In this document: positions 1 to 9,657 of the stretch, in pieces
How the letters are laid out: each line of letters opens with the position of its first letter
How positions within the stretch are numbered: position 1 is the first letter of the stretch
DNA from: Spirochaetia bacterium
Lineage (GTDB): Bacteria > Spirochaetota > Spirochaetia > SZUA-6 > Bin103
Assembly (NCBI GenBank): GCA_965203055.1
Contig: OZ241863.1
Coordinates: forward strand, 2,944,001 to 3,008,000
Length of the DNA stretch: 64,000 nucleotides
Direction: 5' to 3'
Made by a program: the position numbers and the translations under genes
Notes under the pieces: generated by a model
What the model was told of the DNA's origin: nothing
The model's input: the letters and a program-made list of their open reading frames with translations, nothing else
Databases searched by the model: none

Positions 1-519
1 GTGCACGGCGGCGAAGCGTCCGCGGTCGAGCGAGCGCAGCAGTTCGACCACGGGCCGCGCCAGCGCCAACACCTGCGGCGCGGCGCGCAGCCGCAGCCGC
101 AGCGCGGCCAGCGCCTGCGCCGGCACGTCGACCGCGAACTGGGGATGTTCGATGCGGCGCACCACCAGCCGGTACGAGCCGGCGTCGGGCGGCAGCGCCG
201 CTCCCGGCGGCACGCGCAAGGCGCGCAGGCCGGCGGTGGCCGGCGCCGGCGCGGCGGCGAGCGGCAGCGGATGCTCGCGCCCGGCGGCGTCGACCAGACG
301 GCTGCCGCGCAAGTCGAAGAACGACTCCCAGCGCCACTCGCGGCCGATGTTGAAGTTGTACTTCGGTTCCAGCAGCAACGGCGGCAGCAGCGCCCGGCGG
401 CCGCAGGCGTGCGCCTCGCGCAGCAGGCAGGCCAGGTTGGATGCCTGGTGGTTGAGGCCCGTCACCACGGCGACCGACCGTTCGTAGCGGAGATAGCGCG
501 GATGCTCGGCGTCCGTCAT
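1..519 (-). CDS. Probable O-fucosyltransferase-like (GT-B) protein, N-terminal part; runs off the window edge
   Basis: Not in the ORF track. Manual translation from ATG at 519 gives MTDAEHPRYLRYERSVAVVTGLNHQASNLACLLREAHACGRRALLPP...LDRGRFAAVH with no stop seen. GLNHQ resembles the N-terminal G(L/F)NNQ motif, and FAAVH resembles the start of the xAVHxRRGD motif of fucosyltransferases. Confidence 0.55.
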   Translation of the reverse strand, partial: MTDAEHPRYLRYERSVAVVTGLNHQASNLACLLREAHACGRRALLPPLLLEPKYNFNIGREWRWESFFDLRGSRLVDAAGREHPLPLAAAPAPATAGLRALRVPPGAALPPDAGSYRLVVRRIEHPQFAVDVPAQALAALRLRLRAAPQVLALARPVVELLRSLDRGRFAAVH

Positions 520-611
520 GGCGAAGTGACTGCCACGGCTCGCGCCGAGTCTGACCGACAACGCGCATCGCTGTCCATCATCCGAGGGCCGGCATCGCCT
601 ATAATCACGGC

Positions 612-2123
612 GTGACTTCCTGCTCGGCAGACGGCGACCGGCGCCTGGAGTGGGCCGCGCTTGCCGCCGTGACGCTGATCGGCTTCGGCCTGCGGTGGTC
701 GTATCTGGGCGACCCGATACGGGTCGACGAGGGGAAGATCGCGGCCTGGGTGCAGTCCTGGACGTTCCGGGAAGTGGCGTCGTTCTACGAAAACATCGGC
801 AACCACATCCTCCATACGCTGCTCGTGGACCTCTGCCACACGCTGTTCGGGCTGCAACCGTGGAGCATTCGCCTGCCGGCTCTGCTGCCGGGCGCCGCCT
901 TGATTCCGGCGACCTACCTGGTCGGCGCGGCGCTGTTCTCCCGGCGGTCGGCGCTGCTGGCCGCCGGGCTGGCGGCGGGCGCTCCGTTCCTGGCGTTGTT
1001 TTCGGTGATCTCGCGCGGCTACGTGCTGCAGAGCGCGCTGCTCATGGCGCTGGCGTGGCTGCTGCTGAGGCTTGCCGAGTCCCGGTGGCGGGGCCTGACG
1101 CTCGCCGCCGGCGTCCTCGCCGCCGGCATCGTCGGAGCGCTCGCCCTCCACACCCTTCCCACCACGTTGTTCGCGCTTCCCGGCCTCTACGCCGGCGCGG
1201 CGCTGCGGACGGCGTGGGTCGCCAAGCCGGCCGCAGCGGCGCGGGGCCGGACCGGCAGCGCGGGCCGGCTGCTGCCGGCGCTGGTGGTCACCGGCGGCCT
1301 GGCGCTGCTCCTCTACCTGCCGGTATTCCTGGGGACCGAGTGGGAACGGATCGCGGCCAACCGGTACACCGCGGCGCAGCCGGCGGCCCTGCTCTGGGAA
1401 CGACTGGTGGACCGTATGGCGGGGACCGCCCGGCACTGGGCCTGGGACCTTCCCGTGCCGGCGCAGGCGCTGTGGGCGCTGGCGGCGGGCGCCGGCCTGC
1501 TGGCCGCGGCGCGCCGGCGGCAGGCCTCGTCGGCGTGGTTCGTGGTGCTCGTGATCACTTCGACCGTGGCCTTCTCGGTGGCGCTGCGGCGGGTGCCGCC
1601 GGTGCGCGGCTACCTGTTTCTCATGCCGTTCTTCCTGCTGCTGCCGGCCGTCGCCATCGACGCCGCGGCGCAGCGCCTGGCGCCGGGGCGCGGGGCGGCG
1701 GCAACGCGCTTCGCCGTCCCGCTGCTGGCGGTGCTGCTGGCCGCCGCCGGCGCGGTCTGGACCTGGTCGGGCGGCTGGCTGGAGGCCGAGCGGGGCCTGC
1801 TCAGGGGGCGTTACGCCGGCGCCGAGAGCGCCATGCGGGCGCTTGCGGCGGTGGTGGGCGAACGGGACGTGGTGGCGCCGCCGGCGTGGCCGTATCGCTA
1901 CTACGCCGCGCTGCACGACCTGCCGATCCGCTTCGCAGCCCCCGAGTCAGGAGACATCGGGGCCGGCGACGTCGACAACGTCTACCTGCTGGTCCTGGAC
2001 GGCGACGAGGTGAGCGGCGCCGTCGAGCGGTACGGACTCCGCGACCGGTTCGGGGAGCCGCGCCCGTTCGGCGTGTTCCCGGATCTTCGGGTCTTCGTCG
2101 TCAGCCGGCAGCGCGGCCGGTAA
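612..2123 (+). CDS. Polytopic membrane glycosyltransferase, ArnT/PMT (GT-C) like
   Basis: 503 aa, many TM segments, DE motif after TM1 (IRVDEG), NHILHTLL and IRLPALL, SRGY. TATAAT at 600-605, 6 nt before the GTG. Confidence 0.7.
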   Translation: MTSCSADGDRRLEWAALAAVTLIGFGLRWSYLGDPIRVDEGKIAAWVQSWTFREVASFYENIGNHILHTLLVDLCHTLFGLQPWSIRLPALLPGAALIPATYLVGAALFSRRSALLAAGLAAGAPFLALFSVISRGYVLQSALLMALAWLLLRLAESRWRGLTLAAGVLAAGIVGALALHTLPTTLFALPGLYAGAALRTAWVAKPAAAARGRTGSAGRLLPALVVTGGLALLLYLPVFLGTEWERIAANRYTAAQPAALLWERLVDRMAGTARHWAWDLPVPAQALWALAAGAGLLAAARRRQASSAWFVVLVITSTVAFSVALRRVPPVRGYLFLMPFFLLLPAVAIDAAAQRLAPGRGAAATRFAVPLLAVLLAAAGAVWTWSGGWLEAERGLLRGRYAGAESAMRALAAVVGERDVVAPPAWPYRYYAALHDLPIRFAAPESGDIGAGDVDNVYLLVLDGDEVSGAVERYGLRDRFGEPRPFGVFPDLRVFVVSRQRGR

Positions 2124-2132
2124 GGCGGCCCC

Positions 2133-3677
2133 CTACGGCGCGCCCGGCGCCGCGCCGGACGCCGACGCGGGGGCCATGCTGCGCACGCTGGCGATGCGCG
2201 CGGGGGGATTCAGGAGCTTCCACAAGACTTCGTTCATAAAGTCCAGCACCTCGGGTTGCACCGTGGTATTGCGCATCGTCGGGTGCAGCCAGTTCATTCG
2301 CGCCGGATCGAAGTCGGCATCGAGGTGACCGCCGGCGACCGCCATGTCGAACAGTTGCGATCCCGGATAGGGGGTGGCGAGTTGCAGGTTGGCGCGGTAC
2401 ATGCCGGCGTCCATGTGGCGCTTCGCCAGCATGATCGTCGCCTTCATTTCGTCCAGCGTTTCGTCCGGCCAGCCGATGATGTAGTTCCCCCCGACCGTTA
2501 TGCCATTGCGCTGAGCGGTCTCGATGATCGAGACGGTATCGGTCTTGTCGAGGTTGATCTTGCCGGTGGCGTACTTGTCGATGATGCGCTGCGAGGCGGA
2601 CTCGAAGGGCAGGGAAATCTCCTTGAATCCGGCGTGCGCCATCACCTCGAACAATTCCTGATCCGCGACCAGCCGGCCGGATTGCGGGCGGCACATGTGG
2701 ACGATGTTGATGCCGTTCAGGTCCTTCAGCTTCAGACCCTTGCCGATGACTCCGCGGATGATCTGCAGCGCCCGCTTCTTCTTGGCGAGCAGGGAATCGT
2801 CCTCGATGAACACGTACTCGACGTCGAGCGATTGCAGGACGTCGAACTCCTCCATGACGCGGGGGATCGACTTCACCCGCAGCTCGCGCAGGTTGCCGGT
2901 GAACGAACCGACGTCTTCCTTGGAGATATGACAAAACGTGCACTTGAACGGACAGCCGCGGGAGGTCATCAAACTGCCGTACCGGATGCGGTCGCTGCCC
3001 TGAATCCCGCCGCCCTTGGGACGCGCGATGTCCCAGTACCTGTCCAGCGGAGCCAGGTCCCACGCCGGGAACGGCAGTTCGTCCAGATCGTGTATCACCG
3101 ACGTCGACGAGGTGCAGCGCATGGTCCCGTCCCGGAGGAACGCCACGCCCGGAACCGCGGAAAAGTCGCGGGAGCCGCGCCGCAACTGCGCGCCGACCGC
3201 CACGATGCCGCATTCCGCTTCCGACAGGAATACCAGGTCGGCCCCGGCCTGCAGAAACCAGTTCGCCATGTGCCGCGCATTGGTGCCGCCGACCATCACC
3301 AGCTTGTCCGGGTAGGCCGCCTTGATGGCGGTCACCGTCTCCGCGGCCGGGGGCGCCTGAGCGGTGTACAGGTTGGTCAATCCGACCACGTCGAAGTCGC
3401 GGACCGCCGCCAGGATCGCCTCCTGCGTCATGCCGATGCGGGCGCGGCCGTCGGGCAACTGCTCGACCCGGTAGAAGGTATCCTCCAGCGGCGCCTCCGG
3501 CGGACCCACGACCGCGTCCAGGAGTTCCACGTCATACCCGCGGGAACGCAACGCGCCCGCGATGTACAGCAGGCCGAGAGAACCGTCCGGCTTGGCGCTG
3601 TCGTCCGGCCAAAAGGCCATGGGCGGATACATCAGGAGAAACCGGGGGGCGATCCGCCTGCCGGTGATCTGTGCCAT
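2133..3677 (-). CDS. Cobalamin-binding radical SAM enzyme (class B methyltransferase-like)
   Basis: N-terminal B12-binding region (SLGLLYIAGALR, VMVGG), TSRGCPFKCTFC CxxxCxxC motif, IEDD, ESASQR, IIGWPDET, TPYPGS. Confidence 0.9.
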   Translation of the reverse strand: MAQITGRRIAPRFLLMYPPMAFWPDDSAKPDGSLGLLYIAGALRSRGYDVELLDAVVGPPEAPLEDTFYRVEQLPDGRARIGMTQEAILAAVRDFDVVGLTNLYTAQAPPAAETVTAIKAAYPDKLVMVGGTNARHMANWFLQAGADLVFLSEAECGIVAVGAQLRRGSRDFSAVPGVAFLRDGTMRCTSSTSVIHDLDELPFPAWDLAPLDRYWDIARPKGGGIQGSDRIRYGSLMTSRGCPFKCTFCHISKEDVGSFTGNLRELRVKSIPRVMEEFDVLQSLDVEYVFIEDDSLLAKKKRALQIIRGVIGKGLKLKDLNGINIVHMCRPQSGRLVADQELFEVMAHAGFKEISLPFESASQRIIDKYATGKINLDKTDTVSIIETAQRNGITVGGNYIIGWPDETLDEMKATIMLAKRHMDAGMYRANLQLATPYPGSQLFDMAVAGGHLDADFDPARMNWLHPTMRNTTVQPEVLDFMNEVLWKLLNPPARIASVRSMAPASASGAAPGAP

Positions 3678-3790
3678 TTCGGGTGCTCCTCCTCCGCAGC
3701 CGGCCCGTGCGCTTGCCGGCGCGGCGACGATACCACAGCCGGGCGATTCCGTTCATCCGTCAAGCGGCCGGCCGGCGCCGGGGCGAGGCG

Positions 3791-5332
3791 TCAGGCGCGG
3801 GCCACCTCGAAGGCGGCGATGTTGCGCGCCTCGCGGCTGAACTCCACGCCGAGCAGGTGGATCGGTTCGCCCAGGGCGCGGTACTTCTCCGCGTAGCCGC
3901 GCGCCTGCAACTGCGCCAGCGCGGCGCCCTCCGGCTCCAGCTCCACCACCTTGAACTCGAACAGATAGACGTTGCCCCGGTACCGCACCGCCAGATCGAC
4001 CCGCCCGCGGCTGCTCGAATCCTCGACCGTGACGTCCAGCCCCACCGCCGCGAACCAGGAATAGCAGACGCTCGCGTAGTAGCCCTCGTAGCGCGCGATG
4101 TCGTTGCGCGTGTGCCACTCGTACGGGATGCCGGCGAAGAACGCCCGGAACAGCGCCTCCAGCCCGGCGAAGTCGTTCGCCGCCAGCAGCCGGCGCAAGC
4201 GTGGGCGGTCCGCGGCCTGACCGGCGGCGCCGAGCGCGCGAAGCAGGCTGCGGTTGAGGCTCTGGCGCACCTCGCGGTTGGGATAGCCGAGCCGGTAGAG
4301 CGCCTCGCCATCGTCGTCTTCGACGTCCCGAATGGTCAGGTAGCCGGTCTGGAACAGCAGCGCCGCTGGCTCCATCTCCTCCACGTCGAACGCGGACAGC
4401 AGCTCGGCGCCGGCCAGCATCCCGTCCAGCTCAGGCGAGACGACCCCGCGCTTGATCAGCGCGTCGATCAGAAACGACGGCGTGCCGGTCTCGAACCAAT
4501 GGGCGGCGAACTCCCGGCGGTCGAACAGCAGCAGGATGTCGAACGGGTTGTAGACCCGATCGTCACCGCGCCAGTTGTAGCCGTTGTACCAATCGCGGAT
4601 CTCCTCCCGGTCCAGGCCCGGCAGCTCCGCCGCGAACACCGTGTCGAGGTCGGCCTCGGTGTAGCCGCAGATCGCCGCATAGCGCGGATCCAGCGTGATG
4701 TCGATCAGGTTGTTGAGGCCGGAGAAGACGCTGACCTTGGAGAACTTGCTCACCCCGGTCAGCAGCGTGAAGCGGATGTGCGCGTCGGCGAACTTCACGT
4801 TCGAGTAGAGGCTGCGCAGCAGCCGGCGGTTGGCGGCCGCGATCGCCGGCGTCCCCAGCGCGTCCAGGATCGGCTTGTCGTACTCGTCGATCAGCACCGC
4901 TACCCGTTTGCCGGCGCTCCGGTGCAAGCCCTCTAGCAGGCGCCGGAAGCGGATCGGCGCGGAGGCGCTGCGCGCGCTCGCGCCGGCGGCCGTCTCGAGC
5001 GCCGTCAACTGATCGGCCAAGTCTTCTTGCAGGCCGTCCGGCGCCGCGTAGTCGCCGCCGCCGAAGTCGAGGCGCACCACCGGGCGGCGCTCCGACCACT
5101 CCCAGTGGTCGTGGACGTGCAGGCCGCGAAACAGTGCCTCGCTGCCCTCGAACAGTTCCTTGATGGTGTCGACCAGCAGGCTCTTGCCGAAGCGCCGCGG
5201 GCGCGACAGGAAGTAGTGCTTTCCCTTCTGCGTCAGGCGGAGGATGAAGGCAGTCTTGTCGACGTAGTAGCAGTCGTCCTCGCGGATCTCGCGGAAGGTC
5301 TGGATGCCGGTCGGCAGCTTCCTCCTCGTCAT
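3791..5332 (-). CDS. AAA-ATPase-like protein with C-terminal PD-(D/E)XK nuclease domain, copy 1
   Basis: YYVDKT, Walker A RPRRFGKS, Walker B LIDEYDKP, YNPF, W..TGTP, C-terminal GRVDL..LFEFK. ATG at 5332; alternative GTG at 5359. Confidence 0.9.
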   Translation of the reverse strand: MTRRKLPTGIQTFREIREDDCYYVDKTAFILRLTQKGKHYFLSRPRRFGKSLLVDTIKELFEGSEALFRGLHVHDHWEWSERRPVVRLDFGGGDYAAPDGLQEDLADQLTALETAAGASARSASAPIRFRRLLEGLHRSAGKRVAVLIDEYDKPILDALGTPAIAAANRRLLRSLYSNVKFADAHIRFTLLTGVSKFSKVSVFSGLNNLIDITLDPRYAAICGYTEADLDTVFAAELPGLDREEIRDWYNGYNWRGDDRVYNPFDILLLFDRREFAAHWFETGTPSFLIDALIKRGVVSPELDGMLAGAELLSAFDVEEMEPAALLFQTGYLTIRDVEDDDGEALYRLGYPNREVRQSLNRSLLRALGAAGQAADRPRLRRLLAANDFAGLEALFRAFFAGIPYEWHTRNDIARYEGYYASVCYSWFAAVGLDVTVEDSSSRGRVDLAVRYRGNVYLFEFKVVELEPEGAALAQLQARGYAEKYRALGEPIHLLGVEFSREARNIAAFEVARA

Positions 5333-5368
5333 GGGCGCGTCTCGATGCGGCGCGGTCACGGTCCGGCC

Positions 5369-5397
5369 ATGATAGCCGAACCCCGCGCGGCTATCAT
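5369..5397. repeat. Intergenic palindrome ATGATAGCCG-N9-CGGCTATCAT (copy 1 of 8)
   Basis: Perfect 10-bp inverted repeat. Related copies at 12164, 34933, 39751, 41730, 44778, 46581, 52947. Confidence 0.9.
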
Positions 5398-5401
5398 CCG
5401 C

Positions 5402-7792
5402 TCATTCGCCGGAGTCGGCCTCACGGCCCTGCGCCGCGGCCGGCGCCGCAATCTCCGCGCTCCAGAGCCGGCCCTGCCCGCTGATGAACTGGCCGGTGCG
5501 GAGGCCGGCGATCTCATACTCCGGCAACGGCGCCAGCGCCACGCACGCCGCGCCGAACCGCGCCCCGTGTTCGTGGTAGTCGAAGTCCCGGTTCTCGAAG
5601 CCGCGCCGCCGGTCTTGCGGGGACAGGTCGCCGGCGTCCGCCGGAATCACGTGCAGGAAGAACCGCGCCCGCAGGTCCTCCGCCGCGCACGGCTCCTTGT
5701 GATATGCCAGCACCCGCCCGTCGAGGTAGAGGTCGAACGCCGCGCGCGCGGCCGGCGCTCCCCAGGCGCCGGAGCGGATCGCGGCGCGCGCCTCCCAATA
5801 GCGCTGCGCGGCCGGTCCGGCCGCGAACTCGACGCTCCAGAGCTGGGGCCAGCCGCGGGTTTCGAATTGCCCGGTACGGATGCGCGTGAACTCGTAATCG
5901 GGCAGTGTCACGACCGCCACGCAGGCGCCGTCGATCCGCGCGCCGCCCTCCCAGAGATAGAAGTCCCGGTTGTCGAACCCCAGCTCCCGCTGGTGGGCGG
6001 GCAGGTCGGCGGCGTCCGCGGGGAAGAGGTGCAGGAAGAACTTCTTCTCATCCAGGTCTTTCACCGGGCAGTTGTCCTTGACGTAGGTCAGCGTGGCGCC
6101 GTCGAGATACAGGTCGTAGTCCGAGCGGGCGACCGGCTCCCGCGAGCGTGCGGCGCGGTACGCTTCCCGGAAGTCTGCGACGGTCGCAGCGTCGATCTGC
6201 GCCGGGTCGAGGGCGGCCACCGTGAGGATGGTGTTGTGGTAGATGCGGCGCGCATAGACCGCGGGCGAGAACGGGAAGCTGCGGCGGTGATTGGCGCGAG
6301 TATGATTGGTGATGGCGTAGTGATGGTTCGCCGCGGCGTCATGCGCGCGGTCGGTGATGACGACTCTGCGGCGTTCGGTTGCAGGGAGTATGCGCAGATT
6401 GGCGCTGACGAGCGCGTGTCGCCAGTTCTTCGCCGCAACGACGTGGATGGTTTCCTGCGGGTGGCGGCGGAGCAGATGCTCCAGCCCTTCGCGGTAGGCC
6501 GGCCCCCAGTACTCCATCTCGTAGCGGGTACGCAGGTATTCGGGGGTGCGGCGGTCGACCAGGAAGTTGAAGTACACCGTCTGATGGGGGTGGATCAGCG
6601 CCATCTCGACCGCGGCCGCGGCCAAGCCCGCCGCGGCCAGCGCGTAGATGCCGCGCCGGAGCCACGGCCGCCGGCGCGCGGCGGCCAGCAGTCGGCGCAG
6701 GCCGTAGACCGCCAGCAGGGCCAGCGGAGCGGCCAGGAAGTACATCTGCCGCCAGCCGTTGTAGAGGTTGGCGTCGACCGCGATGACGGCCGCGGCCGGC
6801 AGGGCCAGACAGGCGACCAGCAGCGCCCCGAAGCGCGTGACGGGGGTGTTGCGGAGGACCTCGCGCGGGCGCGTCAGGCTGCGCGCGAACACGGCGACGA
6901 TTCCGGCCAGGCTCAGCAGCAGCGCCGCCGGCGGCGTGGTGATCGCCATCCAGGTCGGCAGGTAGTGCGGCGGAACCTCCGGCCAGCGCACCATTTCGCC
7001 TTGAAACAGTGTTGGAATAGGGGAGGGATGGCGCGCGAACGTGACGACGGCGTCGATCAGCTCGAACGGGTCGCGCCAGAGATGGGGGGAGACCGCGTAC
7101 AGGGCCGCCGCCGCGGCCAGCAGGAACGCGCCGGCGGTCGCCAGCGCGCGCCGCCGCTCCGCCGGCCCATGCGCCTGCAGCAGGTCGAGCGCCCGCAGCG
7201 CCGGCACCGCGGCGCACAGCAGCAGGCCCATGATCCGCAGGTTGACCAGCACGCCCACGCCCACCCCGCAGAGCGCGAACGCGCCGGCGGTGTCGCGGCG
7301 GAAGGCGCGCTGCACCAGATAGAGCGCGATCATGAACATGACCAGGAAGGGGATGTCCTTGGTGTTGAAGAAGGAGTGGGCGTACAGGCGGGGCTGCAGC
7401 AGGAACAGCAGCAGGGCGAACAGCGCCAGGCGGCGGTCGCGGAACAGGCGGAAGGTCAGCAGCCAGCAGAAGAAGCCGCCGGTGAGGAAGAACAGGTGGG
7501 TCAGCAGGTGGCGGCTGAGGTAGACGGCGCGGCTGTCGGTGAGGCCGAGCAGCCGTTCGACCAGGATCAGCGGCGCTTCGAACGCGACTCCGTAGTAACG
7601 GTTGTGGTCTGCGGCCAAGGCGCCGGCGTCGCCTTGCGCGTAGGCGACCGCCGCCTGGCCGATGCTGCGCTGGCGGTGCTCATCCCACGATATGCCGTAG
7701 TCGTCGAGGACGGCGGCGCCAATTGCCGTGAACGCGATGAGCGCGATGAACGCGTCGCGCCACGGCAGCCGCCGAGGCGTATCCTGCGGCAA
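5402..7792 (-). CDS. GT-C type membrane glycosyltransferase paralog GT1 with two C-terminal two-Cys domains
   Basis: DDYGISWDE loop, HSFFNTKDIPF, multiple TMs, LYNGWRQMYF, then two FDLYLDG...C...FFLH...GFDN...C...LPDY...RTGQF...LWS domains. Start codon uncertain. Confidence 0.75.
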   Translation of the reverse strand: MPQDTPRRLPWRDAFIALIAFTAIGAAVLDDYGISWDEHRQRSIGQAAVAYAQGDAGALAADHNRYYGVAFEAPLILVERLLGLTDSRAVYLSRHLLTHLFFLTGGFFCWLLTFRLFRDRRLALFALLLFLLQPRLYAHSFFNTKDIPFLVMFMIALYLVQRAFRRDTAGAFALCGVGVGVLVNLRIMGLLLCAAVPALRALDLLQAHGPAERRRALATAGAFLLAAAAALYAVSPHLWRDPFELIDAVVTFARHPSPIPTLFQGEMVRWPEVPPHYLPTWMAITTPPAALLLSLAGIVAVFARSLTRPREVLRNTPVTRFGALLVACLALPAAAVIAVDANLYNGWRQMYFLAAPLALLAVYGLRRLLAAARRRPWLRRGIYALAAAGLAAAAVEMALIHPHQTVYFNFLVDRRTPEYLRTRYEMEYWGPAYREGLEHLLRRHPQETIHVVAAKNWRHALVSANLRILPATERRRVVITDRAHDAAANHHYAITNHTRANHRRSFPFSPAVYARRIYHNTILTVAALDPAQIDAATVADFREAYRAARSREPVARSDYDLYLDGATLTYVKDNCPVKDLDEKKFFLHLFPADAADLPAHQRELGFDNRDFYLWEGGARIDGACVAVVTLPDYEFTRIRTGQFETRGWPQLWSVEFAAGPAAQRYWEARAAIRSGAWGAPAARAAFDLYLDGRVLAYHKEPCAAEDLRARFFLHVIPADAGDLSPQDRRRGFENRDFDYHEHGARFGAACVALAPLPEYEIAGLRTGQFISGQGRLWSAEIAAPAAAQGREADSGE

Positions 7793-7868
7793 TTGCGGCA
7801 GTAGCGGCGGTCGGTTCAGTGCGATGGCAGGCCCCCTGCTTCGACCACGCCGGCGCCGGGGCGGGGCG

Positions 7869-8828
7869 TCAGGCGCGGGCCACCTCGAAGGCGGCGATGG
7901 TGCGCGTCTCGCGGCTGAACTCCACTCCGAGCAGGTGGGTCGGTTCGCCCAGCGCGCGGTACTTCTCCGCGTAGCCGCGCGCCCGCAACTGCGCCAGCGC
8001 CGCCCCCTCAGGCGCCAGCTCCACCACCTTGAACTCGAACAGATAGACGTTGCCCCGGTACCGCACCGCCAGGTCGACCCGCCCGCGGCTGCTCGAATCC
8101 TCCACCGTGACCTCCAGCCCCACCGCCGCGAACCAGGAGTAGCAGACGCTCGCGTAGTAGCCCTCGTAGCGCGCGATGTCGTTGCGCGTGTGCCACTCGT
8201 ACGGGATGCCGGCGAAGAACGCCCGGAACAGCCGCTCCAGCCCGGCGAAGTCGTTCGCCGCCAGCAGCCGCTCCAACGCCGTGTCCTGCGCCAGCCGGCG
8301 CGCCGCGGCGGGCGCCAGCGCCCGCAGCAGGCGTTCGTTCAGAGCGAGCCGCACTTCGCGGTTGGGATAGCCGAGCCGGTAGCGCGGGCCGCGCGCCGAG
8401 TGCTCGACGCTGCGGATGGTCAGGTAGCCGGTCTGGAACAGCAGCGCCTCGGGTTCCATCTCGTCCACGTCGAACGCGGACAGCAGGTCGCCGCCGGCCA
8501 GCATGCCGTCCAGCTCCGGCGAGGCGACGCCGCGTTCGATCAGCGTGTCGATCAGAAACGACGGCGTACCGGTCTCGAACCAATGGGCGGCGAACTCCCG
8601 GCGGTCGAACAGCAGCAGAATGTCGAACGGGTTGTAGACCCGATCGTCACCGCGCCAGTTGGTGTCGAGCAGCAGGCTCTTGCCGAAGCGGCGCGGGCGC
8701 GACAGGAAGTAGTGCTTTCCCTTCCGCGTCAGGCGGAGGATGAAGGCGGTCTTGTCGACGTAGTAGCAGTTGTCCTCGCGAAGCCTGCGGAAGGTCTGGA
8801 TGCCGATCGGCAGCTTCCTGCGCGTCAT
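7869..8828 (-). pseudogene. AAA-ATPase/PD-(D/E)XK copy 2 with an in-frame internal deletion of about 196 aa
   Basis: Reads ...GKSLLLDT|NWRGDDRV...; junction at 8660/8661. Walker B region absent; nuclease domain intact. Confidence 0.85.
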
Positions 8829-8850
8829 GGCGCGTCTCGATGCGGCGCGG

Positions 8851-9591
8851 TCACGGCAATGAGGTTGCGCTTGCGTCCTCGATCTCCTCGATGATGCGCT
8901 GCGCTGCTTCCTTGGGCCGCTCGGCCCGCAGAACCGGCCTCCCCACCACCAGGTAGTCCGCGCCCTGTCGGATCGCGTCGGTGGGGGTGGTGAATCGCGC
9001 ATGATCGTCCGGCGCGGTCCAGGATGGCCTGATGCCAGGGGATACCAGCGTCGTCGTATCGGGTAAGGCTTGCCGGCACGCGCCGATAGCGGTCCCGGAA
9101 ACCACCAACCCGTCGCAGCCGGCCTCCAGCATCGCGCGTCCGCGCTCGACGATGTAGGCGTCAACCTCACCTGCCGGTTCGCCTTCCGGGGTGGCGATGC
9201 TGGAGAGGAGCGGCACCATGAGGAATTGCGGGAAGCCTGAACCGCGCCTCGCTTCCCGGCCGGCATCCAACGTGTGCCGGGTGAAGGAGGGCTCGGCCGC
9301 TTCCACCAAGGTGACGAACCGAATCCCCAGAGTAGCGGCGCGTTGCACGAAGCTGGTGATGGTATTGCCGATGTCGCCCGCGATCTTGAGGTCGATGAAC
9401 ACCTTGCCGTCATCCCGCTCCTCGTTCAGACGTTCCAGCAGCCCGAACAGGTTTCCCCCAAGGAGCAACTGCAGCCCGATCTTGAAGAACGACACGTTCT
9501 CCAGCTTCCCGACCAGATCGACCGCTTCATCATGGGTCGAAACGTCAAGCGCAACGATGATGCGGTCATTGCTCGCCACCGCGTGCTTCAT
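8851..9591 (-). CDS. pyrF: Orotidine-5'-phosphate decarboxylase
   Basis: IIVALD, FFKIG, FIDLKIAGDIGNT, VSPGIRP, GADYLVVGRP motifs; 246 aa. Confidence 0.85.
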   Translation of the reverse strand: MKHAVASNDRIIVALDVSTHDEAVDLVGKLENVSFFKIGLQLLLGGNLFGLLERLNEERDDGKVFIDLKIAGDIGNTITSFVQRAATLGIRFVTLVEAAEPSFTRHTLDAGREARRGSGFPQFLMVPLLSSIATPEGEPAGEVDAYIVERGRAMLEAGCDGLVVSGTAIGACRQALPDTTTLVSPGIRPSWTAPDDHARFTTPTDAIRQGADYLVVGRPVLRAERPKEAAQRIIEEIEDASATSLP

Positions 9592-9657
9592 GCCCTGCAG
9601 CGTATCATGCCTGATGGAGACGAGGAAGCAGGTTTCCAGCCCGCTTACGTACTGACG

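Noticed and set aside
7869..9413. 514-aa ORF as a full-length AAA protein
   Set aside because: The N-terminal 195 aa are an alternate frame of pyrF; the real gene starts at 8828 and is internally deleted.
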